A DNA stretch of 63,911 nucleotides, filler included, from Reticulomyxa filosa (Eukaryota > Protista > Foraminifera): assembly GCA_000512085.1 (NCBI GenBank). It is 20 parts of 20 records of this genome, joined end to end, with 100 filler letters (N's around TTAATTAATTAA, not from the genome) between each part and the next. Parts side by side here need not be neighbours in the genome. Positions count along the whole stretch, not along the records: positions 46,509 to 48,197 come from ASPP01027318.1; positions 48,298 to 50,113 come from ASPP01046109.1; positions 50,214 to 51,604 come from ASPP01013575.1; positions 51,705 to 56,823 come from ASPP01020744.1; positions 56,924 to 61,377 come from ASPP01039427.1; 15 more parts are not named here. One strand, 5' to 3'. The notes beneath the pieces are model-generated. The model was given only the letters and a program-made list of their open reading frames with translations. It did no database searches and had not been told where the DNA came from. The position numbers and the translations under genes were made by a program. The first letter of the stretch is position 1, and every line of letters begins with the position of its first letter. Below, one piece after another: positions 46,559-60,800 of this stretch.

Positions 46559-48116
46559 GTGACACTCGAACTCTGGAAGATTATTTGACGAACCATAATC
46601 ATGGGATATTGCTGACATTTGATAAGCAGGTGTTGCATGAGTGCGATTCAAACACTCGTGAAAACATTGTAAAAAACTTGTTGCAAAAAAAATCGAACAA
46701 ATTTGTGACGGTTGGGATCTTTCAAGGATACGGGGATCACTCCCACGAATCTTACTTGGATTGGACAGGCCTTTCCATTTCCAACTCCAATCTGTCTTGC
46801 ATGAACTGTAAGAGCCAGTTCCAAAAGTGCCATTGGCTCATTGGAAAATTCGAATCGCAACCGATTTACCTTTGTGGCATGTGCATTGCCACTTCACTTT
46901 TGGAGGTCCTCCATTTTTTTTTTTTGTACAAAAGGGGGGGGGAGGGAGAGAAAGCTCAAACAAAAAGTAATTAACAACATAAAAAAAAAAGCTGTTAGAT
47001 CCTTCACTGAAGAGTGTCGGGGAATATTTTGATCACGTTTTTACCAACATTGAGCAAACAAAAGCGCTGTGCTTAGCTCACAGATTGTTTACTACAACAA
47101 GGTTCGTTTGAAATTGGATTGGAGAAGGGGGGGGGAGGGGGGGAGAGGGAGAGGGAGAAGTGGAGTGAGTTAACTATTCAAGAAGTGTGTGTTGTTTTTT
47201 TTTTTTTTCGCTCCCTCTCTAAGAGAGAAAGGAGCTTGTTGTTTTTTTGTTTTTTTTTTTCCATTCACACCGCTTTTCACAAGTACACATATGTGCACAT
47301 ATTGTGTCGTTGTTGATAGGCGCTTGTTGTCGACAGTTGGCGGTCGAATCGATGCGGCTTACAGGGACCCATATGGCTTCAAGAAAATCCCTGATATGAT
47401 CAGATTGTCTGTTCAACCAACACATTTTATTATTATTATTATTTTTTTCTATCGTACTTTTGTGATAGGATATACATATATATATATATATATATATATG
47501 TATACCTACATATCATATTAACTCATATCCCAAACATGACGGTAGTGTGCGAATATGGGTAAAATTGTTATGGGAGGACGACTTCCCAGAGGATAGCAAG
47601 GAGAGAAAAGACCTAAATGCGGTGATAGCCACATTACTGACTTTGTGTTCGCCAATGGAACAGTCGAACCTAAAAGTATGTCTGTCGACGCACCAAAGCA
47701 CGCAGTTATTGCTGCGGGCCTATCGCAATCAGATCTTGCAAGAAAAGGCGCAGAAGACAAAAACGGCCAGCTTCATCGCGCAGGCGACATTGCTGCCATC
47801 GATGCTCTCTGGCGGTCCTTTGTCCCTATTCAATCAAATCATATCTCGGTTCCAACGTGTCAAAGAATGGCCAAAGCTCGAGGAAGACACTCCGATCAGT
47901 CCATCCAATCTTCGTGATTTCACTGATTCATCCAAGCATCAGCGCAGGTTGACAGACACGCCCATTATATCCTTTATGCGTACCACACTGGTCGGCCAGC
48001 CGGCGCCAAGAGAGGCACCACCCTTCGAAAAAGAGTGCGAAGTCTGTGCCCAGCAGTTGACTTTGATGATGTTTGAAAAAATGAAGGCCATTCGAGCGCC
48101 AGAATTCCTTGGAAAA
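46559..48116 (+). CDS. RasGEF (REM domain and start of CDC25 domain) with an upstream Cys-rich segment, partial
   Basis: CLAHRLFTT, VRIWVKLLWEDDF, CEVCAQQLTLMMFEKMKAIRAPEFL; CMNC...CGMC. Confidence 0.7.
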
Positions 48117-48144
48117 GTTTCCTTTTTTTTTTTGATATATCAAT

Positions 48145-48197
<53 letters not shown>

Positions 48198-48669
48198 NNN
48201 NNNNNNNNNNNNNNNNNNNNNNNNNNNNNNNNNNNNNNNNNTTAATTAATTAANNNNNNNNNNNNNNNNNNNNNNNNNNNNNNNNNNNNNNNNNNNNTTA
48301 TCACCATAGTCCAAAGCAACACAAGACAATTTTTCATTAATGTCTCACACGATTTACTTCTCGACTGTTGTTGTGAATGAATATTAATATTTTTTCAATT
48401 GTCCAATATTGTGTTCGACAATGTGGTCCACACACTTGACTAGCAATCACTGGATTGCTTTTTGATGGTTGAATGAATCACTGATTCATGATTCCTTGTC
48501 CAATTATGTCTTTATTCTTATGTCGTTGAGACGACTTCACTAATGTCTTTTATCACATGTTTACTTGCATGATTTGCTTTCAACACTCTTTCTCTTTTCT
48601 TTTATGTGAGCAAATGTCACTGGAATTGCATTCTTTGTTGTCGAAAAAGAAGAATTACATAAACAAACA

Positions 48670-48848
48670 TAAAAAAACTTGAACTAAATCCCCCCATCGA
48701 ACACTTTTGGAAATTTTTTTTTTTTGACAAAAAGTGCTTTTTTAGTAAAAATTGGTTCAAAAATGACCCACAAACTACAAAAAATGACCCAGTTCTGAAA
48801 AATTCAAGAAAGTCTCGTATTCATTGTTGTCTTTTTTTAGAAAAAAAG
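48670..48848. repeat. Dispersed repeat A, second copy
   Basis: Matches 15910-16103. Confidence 0.8.
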
Positions 48849-49544
48849 AAAACTGGCCAACTATGACGTAATCCAACGAATGACTGCAGACGAAAACGCT
48901 AAGAAAGCATGAACAGATGAATCAAAGAGTTAAAAAGCGCTGAATGATTGTGAAGAACAACTGAAGCGCGACAATGCAGCCTTGGAGATGGATCTGCAAA
49001 AAAAGCGTGCGGAGAAGGAGATCCTGAAGCGCGAGAAGCAGTCCAAAAGCGACTAGAGTATTGCACAAGAAGGAGATTGGTTCCCTGTCGATAAAGATGC
49101 TATTCGTAAGCAATCTTCTTCTTCTTCTTTTTCCAGCAGAAGGGGAGGAAGAGATAGTGGAGAAAATAGTCGTCCATCAATGAGTCGTCGTTCATGGATA
49201 TGTTCGATATGCACATTAATGAACGTTCCTGCTGTATCAATCGTCGAGTGGCTTTGGCGTGATAATGATGGACCACGAAGATGATGGCAGTAGTCAAAAT
49301 GAAAACAAATATCAAAAGGATGTTATGGGCAATAATAATAATAACAAACATCAATCGCAACTGAGTAATGCCAGTGCATATTCAAACCAAAGCAAATCGA
49401 TGATGTCGCCATCGTCAAATAGACGAAAAAGGTCGTTGAGATCCTTATTCGAAGACGACAACCGCAACAGTGGATAGATGCGAGTATCGAACAAGCACAT
49501 GACGAACTACGACATGATGATGTAGCTGTCACAGAACAGAGACA

Positions 49545-50113
49545 GTGGCAACGGTGGTGGTGGTAGTGGCAGCGGTAGCGATTGAATGGAAAAAAAAAGA
49601 CTCATTCGAACGGGCAGTGATTAACATCAGCTGTTACAATGCAAACCCTAAACAGGTGTTCAATACGCTGCAAAGTGTCGCGAAGAAGCTGTTGAAGGAT
49701 GACAAGAGATATCGTACATTAGATACCACCAATCCCAAAGTGGAAAAACGACTTTTTGGATATGAAGGCATCGTCGACTTCTTGCTGCTCTTGGGCTTTG
49801 ATTCTGACGTCATGGGCCAGAGACTCGTCTGCAAAGGGAAGCTCGATCAAGAGGTCATTCGCACTGCCATTCAAGCACTGGACATCCACGAATACAAGAC
49901 CAAAGCTGCTGTAAATACGGATAGCGCCATGCTTGCCTCTGGCATTCAGTCATTGGATCGAAGCATAAAGTAGTGTCGTCGAAAGGTTCACCAGCAATAG
50001 CATCAATGCAAACAATGATGATGACAATGAAAGTGATGGCATCACTATTCAACAAATCGTCTTACTTTGTACACATGAACAACAAAGAGATAATGAAACC
50101 ATGGAAACTTTAC
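49545..50113 (+). CDS. PUB-domain protein fragment (p97/Cdc48 interactor); flanking frames disrupted, possibly a pseudogene
   Basis: VFNTLQSVAKKLLKDDKRYRTLDTTNPKVEKRLFGYEGIVDFLLLLGF. Confidence 0.65.
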
Positions 50114-50271
50114 NNNNNNNNNNNNNNNNNNNNNNNNNNNNNNNNNNNNNNNNNNNNTTAATTAATTAANNNNNNNNNNNNNNNNNNNNNNNNNNNNNNN
50201 NNNNNNNNNNNNNATTTATTCATCTTCTATGTTGTTGTTAACATCACAATTTAAAAAAAAAAAAACATTAG

Positions 50272-51604
50272 ATTCGAGTGTTCTTTGTAAAGTTCAACGA
50301 CGCAGTGTATGTGAAAATGGAGAAGTTGGAAATCCTGATAAAACTTGCGAACAAACGGAACGTCGACCAGGTGCTGCTGGAGCTGAAGGAGTACGCGACC
50401 GAGATCGACGTGGAGTTTGTGCGCAAAGCGGTGCATGCGATCGGGCGCGTGGCGGTGAAGCTGGAAGTGGCGGCGGAGCGATGTGTGCGCGTGTTATCAG
50501 AACTGGTGGCCAACAAGGTGTCGTACGTGGTGCAGGAATCGATCATTGTGATCAAAGACATCTTCCGAAGATATCCGCAGCGCTACGAAAAGATCATTGT
50601 GACACTATGCGAAAATCTGGACGTATTGGACGAGCCTGAGGCCAAAGCCTCGATGATTTGGATCATTGGCGAGTATGCCGAGCGCATCGTGGACGCCGAC
50701 GAGCGCTTGAGCTTCTTCATCCAAAACTTTGGCCAAGAAAACCCGGCCGTGCAATTGCAGCTGTTGACAGCCACGGTCAAACTATTTTTGAAAAAGCCCG
50801 ACAAATCCAAGGCCTTGGTCCAAAAGGTCTTGGATTTGGCCACCGAAAAATCGGACAATCCGGATTTGCGTGACCGCGGTTATGTGTACTGGAGACTGCT
50901 ATCCACCGACCCCGCCACGGCCAAGTCGGTCGTGCTCGCCACTCGGCCCGAAATCAGTCCGGAGACCTTTTCCTTGCCCAAAGACTATCTCACCGAATTG
51001 CTTGACAATGTGTCCACGCTCGCGTCCGTGTATCATCGCATGCCCACCGAGTTTGCCAAAGGCACGTGCAAAGTGATCTTCAAAGCACAAGTGGACCCCG
51101 ACGGCGAGGAGCCCGAAGATGTCAACCCCTCGGATACTCCCGACAGCAGCGAAAAACCCAGCGTGGACGAAGACGAACAAAAGAGCAATGGCCAGGACAA
51201 TCCTAGTCAAAGGGACGCAAAGGAAAACAATGATGTCGATGACGACAATGATGACAACAGCGAGGATAGCACCAAAAGTGACAAAGCCAAAGAAGAAAAG
51301 GAAAAGGAAAAAGCAAAGGCAAAGGAAAAAGAAAAGAAAAAAAAACACCCAAAGCCGAATCCATCGTCATTGAAACCCCCTCGGAGAAAAAAAAAAAAGA
51401 AGACATTGATTTTCTGCTTGATTTTCTTGGCCCTAGTACTACTAGTACTACTAGTACGACGACGACGACGAATGCTATTGGGAATGCTACTGTTGCCAAT
51501 AAATCCAATTCTGCTCTCGCCAAAAACACCACGGACAATATCGATTTCCTAGACTTTACTTTTTCTTCCAACACAAACCAAGCCCTTTCTTCCACTACAA
51601 CCCA
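50272..51604 (+). CDS. AP-1/AP-2 complex beta adaptin, partial
   Basis: [95 protein letters not shown]. Confidence 0.95.
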
Positions 51605-53725
51605 NNNNNNNNNNNNNNNNNNNNNNNNNNNNNNNNNNNNNNNNNNNNTTAATTAATTAANNNNNNNNNNNNNNNNNNNNNNNNNNNNNNNNNNNNNNNN
51701 NNNNTTTTCGTTTTTTTTTTTTTTTTTTTTTGTTTGTATGTGTGGTGTTGTGTGTTTTCAACACCCGAGCATGCATATATGCATACGCCTTTTATTTCAA
51801 TTGTATATTCACTTTCTGATAGTTGTATGGGACAAACAAGAAACATCAAGCGAAACTTTGCCAATTCTGTAAACTTATACGATGTCTGCCATTATTATTT
51901 GTCCTTGATTCCTTTTCATTTTTATTTTTATTACAAAAAAAAAAAGATCAATTTTCTCTCTTCTTCTCCTTTACTTAGCACTTTTTTTTTTTAAACAAAA
52001 CAAAACTATATTTGTTGAATCGTTGTTGTCATCTCTGCGCACACTCATGGCACTACTTTTTTTTGTTTTGATTGGTGTATGTTTTTGTTCTCAATATATT
52101 CATTTCCATTCCTTTATTTCTTTAGTCCCGACAGAACACTATCTTTGCTGAACAGAAGAACCCTGATAGTTCAAGTAACCCTCTATTTTGAACCAACCTT
52201 TGCGGAGGTTGCTTTTGATCCTGCGGACATTGTAAAGGAGGCAGGATTGACTGTTGTGTCCAAGGGTAAGGATTTGGTTTATTATCTTCAGTTTGTGCAA
52301 GAGCTGACATCATGTATTAAATCTGGTATTTTCCTTTAAAAAAAAAAGTCACTGCGTGTCTTTATAGCAATTTTGGATTTCTGTTGATCTATACAACTTA
52401 TTTGGCGGAATCGGAATTTATTTATGTGCTACATTCAATTTTTATGTACTGGCATATCCAAAAATGCAATTAAACCTATTATTGGAAATAATATAATAAA
52501 CAAAAATATATAACATGTTTTTAAGCATATCAACTACAAATGAATGCAAAGCAGAAAAGACAAGAATACGATTAATGTTCAGAATTATTACAGGAATATT
52601 GTATATTCTGGGAAATATCTTCAACATAAAGCAAGACTACAAATTCGATTTAAGAATTTCAAACAATGAAAGTTTTTCTATCTTTTAAAAGTTTACAATT
52701 TAAGATAAAACTAGTAAATTTAATTTTGTAAATCATGTAATAAAATTTAACTTTAAATCTTTTTAAAGATTGTTGCTTTTCGCGCAGTCCAGAAAAATTA
52801 AAAGCACAATTAAGTAACAAAAAACGCACATTAACGCAGCCACTTTTTTTGGGGTCAAGATTATGTGCAATTTGTTTAGTTCTGATTTGCAAATGCAACA
52901 TGTATGCCCGATGACAAACTGTTTATTGAAGATGTATCAACGAATTTAGTGAGCTATGTAGCAGACACTCAAGCAGATATTATGACAATATTTTTTGTTT
53001 ATATTTGCAAGCATTGCTCTGAGTTAATAAGCAAGAAACTTACAAAATCGATAAAGCAATGCAAAAGAATTGAGACCAGGCCATCTAACGTCATATGTTT
53101 GTCGAACAACTTTCAAGAGCAACAGCATATACAAAGGTCAATTCGATCAGGTTTGTTATGTATTGTCAGCCGAAATTATACTGAAATCCGAGAAGATCAA
53201 ACAAATTGGCATATTGAAAAATCCAGTAAGTGTATCTTAAAAAGTATTGTTAAGCTGATGAACACGTTTCACTGGATGAAATGTAGAATTTTTTTCATTA
53301 TTTATGAATGATAAAATGTAATCATTTTGCTATTTATTAAAACTTCAAAAATAGATTTTAAAGAAAGTCAAATAACAGAATTTAATAATTTCATGGGTGA
53401 ATAAGTAAAAGGCATAATTTTCTTTTTCAATACAGTTAATTTTTTCCTATAAAATTAAGCTAATTTAAAATTAAATTGAATTGCTTGATATTATATTGTT
53501 TTGATCAAGTTACTGTAATTGGATATATACATATATATTATATAGTGTTGTAGTTTTCATTGTGTGATAGCAGATATATTATTTGCAATATCTTTATTTA
53601 GTGTAAGTCATGAATAAGGAATTTGTGGATATAATGATATTTCATATTTCTCCATTCAATCAATGCATCAATATCTTTCTATTTTTGTGATATATTTATA
53701 GAATAAACATATCACATATATAAAT

Positions 53726-53836
53726 ACTGAACGCCTAAAACATATCTTATGATGATAATTGATTTTTCATTGAGAAAATCAATTATCATTATAAGATATC
53801 GTTTTAGGCGTTCAGTTTTCTTTGCAACTTACTGTA
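53726..53836. mobile_element. Miniature foldback/MITE relic with a Tc1/mariner-like TIR
   Basis: 53726-53816 is a near-perfect hairpin with ~42-bp arms; the right arm extends to ...TTTGCAACTTACTG-TA. Confidence 0.75.
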
Positions 53837-55218
53837 TATAATCTTCTATTTATTCTTCAGAATAGCATAAATTTACTATTCTTGAACATAGCCCATTGTG
53901 ATAGTAGTCTAATCTTTACTAGTCATCTTGTTGCTAGCTTAACAACTATATGATTATATACAATTACTTAGTGTTTTCACTAATATAAATATTTACATTT
54001 CTAATGGTGCACTTAATCTTCTAAAACGCATTTTGCTGATGTTGTTAATGATAAACTTAAAAAAAAATTTTGAAAAACAAAAAAAGCCCATTAATTCTCT
54101 ATTCTTTCATGCCTAAATGTGAATATGAAAGAATTAACATGAACTAGTGTTTATTTATTATTTTAAAAATAAATTCATAATTTTAGTATTGTTTATTGTG
54201 TATTGCTGTTATTTTTTCTAGCAAGTTTCTGAAATAAAAAATGATAGTCAATTTTCATTTATTGATTGTGTAATTATCAACAAACAAGTGAAAATTATCT
54301 TTCATTTTATTTGTGCTATGTTCAGTTAAGATTGCACAAATTAAACTTGGAAATTGTAAAAAAATTTACAAAAAAGACTTATTTGTCTACCTCAAAGTTA
54401 TTTTGCAATGATACAAATGTTTTATTTCAATTTTACATTAAACTAATTAATTATTTTTCAAAATGTTTTTCATTCAGCAGACTTAGCTATGTCAGTGAGG
54501 ACTGTCGAATCAAAACACGCATTTTTTTTGGACTGCTTTGACAGTCTTTTTTGTAAAACGAATGAGCAGCTACTTATGCATCAAGGAACGCTTTCCATTA
54601 TGCTGGAAGCATACCATATCGGGTTGGTGCAAAAACTTTGGCTCGCTATGGAGTCAGTTAAGCTGCCACTGGTATTAGTGAAACCCTTTTTTTTTGAACT
54701 TGGGAAAACAACATTAATGATTTTTACGCTGTATGTGATGAAAAAGTATTGTTACAAGATAATTTGCAGAATAAAAACGATTATATCAGCGTGTCTGATT
54801 TGATAAATAAGGCTTATCAATCGAATATTGTCATTTTCAAAAAATATTGCGACATCAGCTTTCAACAGCCCAAACAGCTGTAATATAAATAAAACAAGAT
54901 AAGTTTTATTGTTGCGAGGGTGAATAAGTATGAAGGGTCTAAGACGATTATCAGCAATTTTAAAAAACAGTTTCCTGGCAGTGCCTTTGAGTGATTCTTT
55001 TTCTCTTTTCAAAGTGGACAATGATCACACAATAGCATCATGCAACGTCATAAAAAAAAGGGGAAAAAAAAATCAATACAAGCTATTCAATCTCTAAAAA
55101 TACACACTAATTGTCAATGTTCACTCTATTTTGCTCTTTCGGCTTTGATTCTCTTTTATGTTCATACTCTATCTGGAGAGCATTGTCACTGGTACCTGTT
55201 CGAAAGTACCATTACATT

Positions 55219-56740
55219 TCACACGGGGATGACAGTAACCTGTAGTCCACCCCCTGCAGTTTCAATCGTGGTCAGATAATTATCACTTTCCATTGTCCTA
55301 TTTCCAACACTGCTTTGTCCATCATTAATTTTGATAATAAAGTCATGTTCGGCAATGTTCAGTCTTTTTCTAATCTTGTTCTTGAACTCGTTGAAGTTTT
55401 CCTTTTCCACGAACACCTTTGCTCTTTTGTTGTTATACTCTACAATGAGCTTATTTCCTGTGCGTCGTTTATGAGAGACATAAAGTTTCGATTGACACAG
55501 CAAGAAGAATTTTTTTTTTTTTTTTGAGGATAAAAAGAAAAAAACTAGCTCGAAGGTTTTGCATTCGTCTTCGTAGTGGCTCTCACGACAACGTCACTGA
55601 AGTTGATGGTCGAAAGTGAGCTATCGTCAAGTATTTGTTCTGTTGTGTCTCGAACAATTTTGAGTGTCAGTCTGTTTGGGTCACTGTCCAATCCAAACTC
55701 TTTCACAACACGCTCTTGCAGAGAAGCCATCTAAAAGAAAGGAGGAAGGGGGGGGGGAAAAAAAAGAAGCACAGAAGGACATTAGCAAAAAAAGAGCTTC
55801 AAACACAGTTTAAACTAAAAAAAGATACCTTGAGACTGTTTGTTGGAAGGAAAATCTTTCGGACTTGGTTTTCCATTTCCACCAAGACAAAAGACTCAGC
55901 AATGACTTGGTGGGGTTGTCGAACGTGGATGATGCCTAGATCGAGATAGCCCGTAGGAGAGGTTTGTGCGGTGTGGAGAGTGTGTCGCACGAGAGCGGCT
56001 ATCTGAATTGGCATGTTGATCGGGAAGCAATTGCTGGGGATATGAAGCTCAAAGACTCCAGAATTGCCAGAGACGGAGCGGCTCTGTTTGGAGATGGACG
56101 GGAGAGGATGTTGGCACTCGTACGTCTCCGAGTCGCGTTGAGGATCGGTTAGCAACAAGTCCAACTCCCATCCGTCCAAACTTTTCAAGTCGCACGGAGT
56201 CAATACATATTTCAAAGTTACGACGTCCATTCGAGTGTCGTATGCTATTTGCTGAGGTACAAAGTCGATCGTTCGGCTTTGTGCTCTTTCTTTTTTTTTA
56301 TTTTCATATCTTTCATTGTGACTATCACTTCTTCCTTCTTTTTCTTCTCCTTCTTCGCTTCTTTCTCTTTTGCCTCTATTTCTCTCCTCCACATTGTCTC
56401 TAGCATTGCTATCGTCGTAATCGCTATCACTGGTGCAGGCTCCATGCTTGCGCGATAGCTGGTGTGACAATGGAGGGCCAGATTGCAATGCCTTTGGATA
56501 GAGCCACTCTTCGTCAACGGGTCTCCAATGAAACGCCGCTATTTGCTGTCCCTCCTTCAAATCGTCCACCACGATTTTTCCAAACGATGAGCTCGCTCGC
56601 AACAGTCGACTCACGTCTCGATCTTCAAACTGCGCTCCATAGGGGATGTCATACAATATCGGTATCTTCAGCGCTATTCCACGCGCTATTTGCTCACATC
56701 CCATTTCTCGTTCCTCCGTTTCTGCTTTTCTATACTTGTT
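55219..56740 (-). CDS. Hypothetical multi-exon protein with two PB1/ubiquitin-fold-like C-terminal repeats, 5' partial
   Basis: Long ORF 55799-56782 plus exons 55545-55730 and 55219-55503; VLVEMENQVRKIFL...LQERVVKEFGL and LIVEYNNKRAKVFV...FKNKIRKRLNI. Confidence 0.5.
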
Positions 56741-56782
56741 GATGTTTTGACATAACATATCATTTCCATATATGATACACAC

Positions 56783-56823
<41 letters not shown>

Positions 56824-57439
56824 NNNNNNNNNNNNNNNNNNNNNNNNNNNNNNNNNNNNNNNNNNNNTTAATTAATTAANNNNNNNNNNNNNNNNNNNNN
56901 NNNNNNNNNNNNNNNNNNNNNNNAGGAGAATATCAGGCTTGTTTTGTTATCTATTTTTTTTTTTGACATATTTAAATATCTTGTGTTATATTATAGGTTC
57001 CCCCGATGACAAAGATTGCTCCAGTATTGTTGCCCACCCATCTCCACAAAAAAAAAAAATGAAAAAAAAAATCGGGGTTGAAATCCACCCCGTCTCCGGA
57101 AGGAGTAAAAAAAGTATGTCTATGTTATATTTATGTTTTTGTATATGTTTTATCAATAATGTGTTTGTGTTTGTAAAGACATATGAAATAGGAATTTCCC
57201 CTTCCAAAGAAAAAAAAAATGTATATATCTTTATTTTTTCTCTACTCCCTTAAAAAAAAAATTGTAAAGTGTATATACATGACGAAAGATTGTATTCATG
57301 TTTCGTTAGCCAAAGTTATAAATCTATTTTTTTGTTCTTAAAAAATTATAAATATAACTTTGTTTGTATGTGTGTATGTATCAAATAACCAAAAAAAGTT
57401 TGTATTGTGTTTGCTTGAATGGATTTGGGGGAAAAGTAT

Positions 57440-57860
57440 AAAAAAATAATTGTAATCAAAAAAAATGGATAAATAAAAAAATAGTACAATAAATAAAAAG
57501 GAAGAAGGGGAAGAAAAAAAAGAGGACATAAAAAAGAAAAAAGAAAATAAATAGAAAGAATAAGAAAATTGAAAAAAAGAAAGAAAAAGAAAAAGAAAAA
57601 AAAGAAGAAAGAGAAAAAGGAAGATGAAGAAAAATAATAAGAAGAAGAAGAAAAAGAAGAATAATAAGGATAAGAAGAAAAAGAAGAAGAAAAAGAAGGA
57701 ATAAGAAGAATAAGAATAAGAAGAACAAGAAGAAAGACAAGAAGATGAAGAACAAGAAGGATAAAAAGAAGAACAAAAAGAATAGAACAAGAATGAAGAA
57801 CAAGGAGAAGAAGAAAAGGAAAATATCAAGTTAAGGAAAGAGGAAAAAAAAAAAAAATAA
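57440..57860 (+). repeat. Purine-rich (GAA/AAG/TAA) low-complexity tract
   Basis: About 400 bp almost entirely A/G on the + strand. Confidence 0.8.
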
Positions 57861-60800
57861 CGAACAGTATTATTGACGTATTGGTCATGGCAATGAATTG
57901 AAGAAAGGAGTTATGAGAATATGGCCAATACAGCAAATCACTGAAAGATATCAGCATATTCCAATTAAGACTGTGAGCTATTTATGGATGAATTTATGGA
58001 AATGAATGCAAATGTTAATCACAAAGCAGCAATCTGCCTTTCATTCAACTCACTCCAAATCAACAATGCGAATAATCACCAAATATTAGTCATCTTTATT
58101 TGCATGTATTTGTGATTAGTTATTTGTACCATTCCCTCCAGATATCAACACACCAAAGATGCATCAAGGTATTTTCAAGATAAAATTGATGTTAATTTAG
58201 TAGAAAATATTAAAATCGTGATATATTGCCGTCAAGTAAGATTGTCAGGAAAGCATCATTGATGCGAATACTCTTGAAAGAAGATTGAGTTAATAACCTT
58301 TGATATTTGTGTCTTTCTTTCAAGACAATTTGAATTAATTTGTTGTTTATTGTGTTTGTTTTTCGACAACTAGGCTAAGGATATGATAAGTCCACAGATA
58401 GTGAATATAATGGAACCACAAATGAAGAAGAAGGAGAAGATAAGCACAAAAATAATGAAGCAAATATTGCTGTCTTGGCGATAGTTGGAAGCGTTACAAA
58501 GATTATAAAGAATATTTTTTGAAACGATGTCCAGAAAATAATAATATGGCTATCCTTCTATGATAAACAATACCAATAACAGCAAATAGTATCAATGAAA
58601 AAAACACATGAAGAGATCGGACGAGGAAACAATATTGTGGATATCATTTATACTCAATCAAATACAGATTGGCTGATCTCTTCCAAGGCGATATTTGGAT
58701 CAAGAAAGTAATTGTCATCTTTCTCACAATTCATACACACTCAATGCCATGTCTCGTCCTTATGGTAATATAGATATTCTCAATGGTCATTCCATTTTGT
58801 CAAATACACGATCGCTATTCATCGTTCTGCGTCGAAGCAATGCCGATCCCCTTTGCCTTCGTTTATGTCCAGAGACAAAGGATGGCTCAACACATGATAC
58901 AATGATCAAAGCATTGTATTAAATGTGACATAAGTACATTATTATTGGTTTCGTTAGTTGCTGTTTCGTCATGGGCAGTTGATATCATGGCGTAATCTTG
59001 GAGTCACAGTTGTATCAACACACCGCCTCTTTCTTCTTCTTCGTTTATTGCATTTGTTGCTGAAAGGTGCTTTGGATTGTATTATCATCATCGTCATCAT
59101 GAAATGTAATCTGTATTGTAAAGCAAACCAAATTCACGTATTATGGACTTGGAATGCACGCAAACAATACGAAATGAAAGACAATATTACGACAATATAC
59201 AAAATTGTGCAATGCTGCTCGTTCAATCCCATTCGATAATGGAATACGATGCAACAAGAACACATTTGGTTCTTTCATATTTATTTTTTTCTTTTTAGCT
59301 TTTGTTATTTTTTAATAATCTTTTTTTTGCATTTCTCTCTCTATTCCCGCAGTTGAAAATATCTTTTGTCTCCAAGTGTTTCCTTCTTAGCGAGTTTGTT
59401 TATGCATTCATTTTTTTTTATATCACCAAACTTTTGTAATGATCATGTTTTGCTATCTTTTCACTTTTGTTGTTTTCAAAAAGAAAAAGATTATTTGTTT
59501 TTAATGTGGCTCAACTGATTGAAAAATATTGGAGAAAAAAAGAATGAATAATAAGTTAACATAGTTCAAACAACGTATGCAAACATGTAAAAATATACAC
59601 TCATTAAAAAAAAAATTTTTAAAGAAAAGAGGAAAATACTATAAGAGACAATGGCATGCTGTGATGTGGCATCAGTGCCATCAAAGTAGAGTATGAGCTG
59701 GTAAGATGATCCAGACAGGTGGTTCTTTGAACAATGAAATTATAAATGCACTGCATCAGTGCCTTGACAAAGGTCATGAATGTCGTTTGTCCCGATTTCC
59801 CGCAGCGGTAAACGATCCATCACTTTAAGTTACGTATACTTGTGGATCGAAGCAAGTACTGACGTCAACCCGAAAATGCATGTTCGGAGTAAACAAGTTT
59901 GTTTATGTTCGGGCATGTCATGTGTCAATGTGTTGTTGTTGTAAAAACACTGAGCGAAATGTGAGCGTGATTACATTCATCAGCCCTTTCAGCTCATTTC
60001 TCCATTCACAACTCTTCGCTGTGTGCATCCATGTTGTGTCCATTTACTGGTATCGTTCACATACAGTCTTCTGTCGAATAGTTTTGTATTTGGTTACGTC
60101 CAATGCAAGGGTTATTTGACGGACATGTGTTCATAACGCCCCACCACAATGACACACCTTTTTTTCATCATTTTTTTTTTTGTTGGATATTTAATAGCTG
60201 TCCGCGCTTTAAAAGATCATTGACTACAATATCAAAAAAAACTTTTTCTTCTCTCAGAACCCATTTCACTGTATTTGTTTAACTCATTAGTGCCATATTA
60301 AATCAAAAATAATAGATTTTCCAATTTTTATTTATTCATATATTACTAATTTATGTTTCCATACATACACGCAATTGTTATTTGATTAACTTTTTTCTCC
60401 CTTCTCTCTCCCCTTCATGGTTGTGCATGATAATCTTTCTTATATTATACACATTAAAGAAGTTGAGATATTTGCACAACTCACTAACGTTTTACTCACT
60501 TACATGCTTACCCTATTATTCATTCTGCTGACGTGACCTGACAGTTTGTTGACGTCAGTGGCTTATCTCTCATATGATGCGCCTGTGGTGCACAATTTGG
60601 TGCTTTTTCTGAAGACATTGCAATTGATACAAAGATGTGGAGTTCAATATGGATACTCATTCCAACAATATTTTGATCATGCCCGATGAACGCCTCGGGG
60701 CATATCAATGGAGTTTCAATACGCAAATGAGTCATCAAGCAATGGAGCCAATTTATGTTTGTGATTGATGATGTGTGCTTCATTTTTTTTTTGTTTCTGA

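Noticed and set aside
57338-57829. Phe/Ser/Leu-rich minus-strand ORFs as membrane proteins
   Set aside because: Antisense reading of the purine tract
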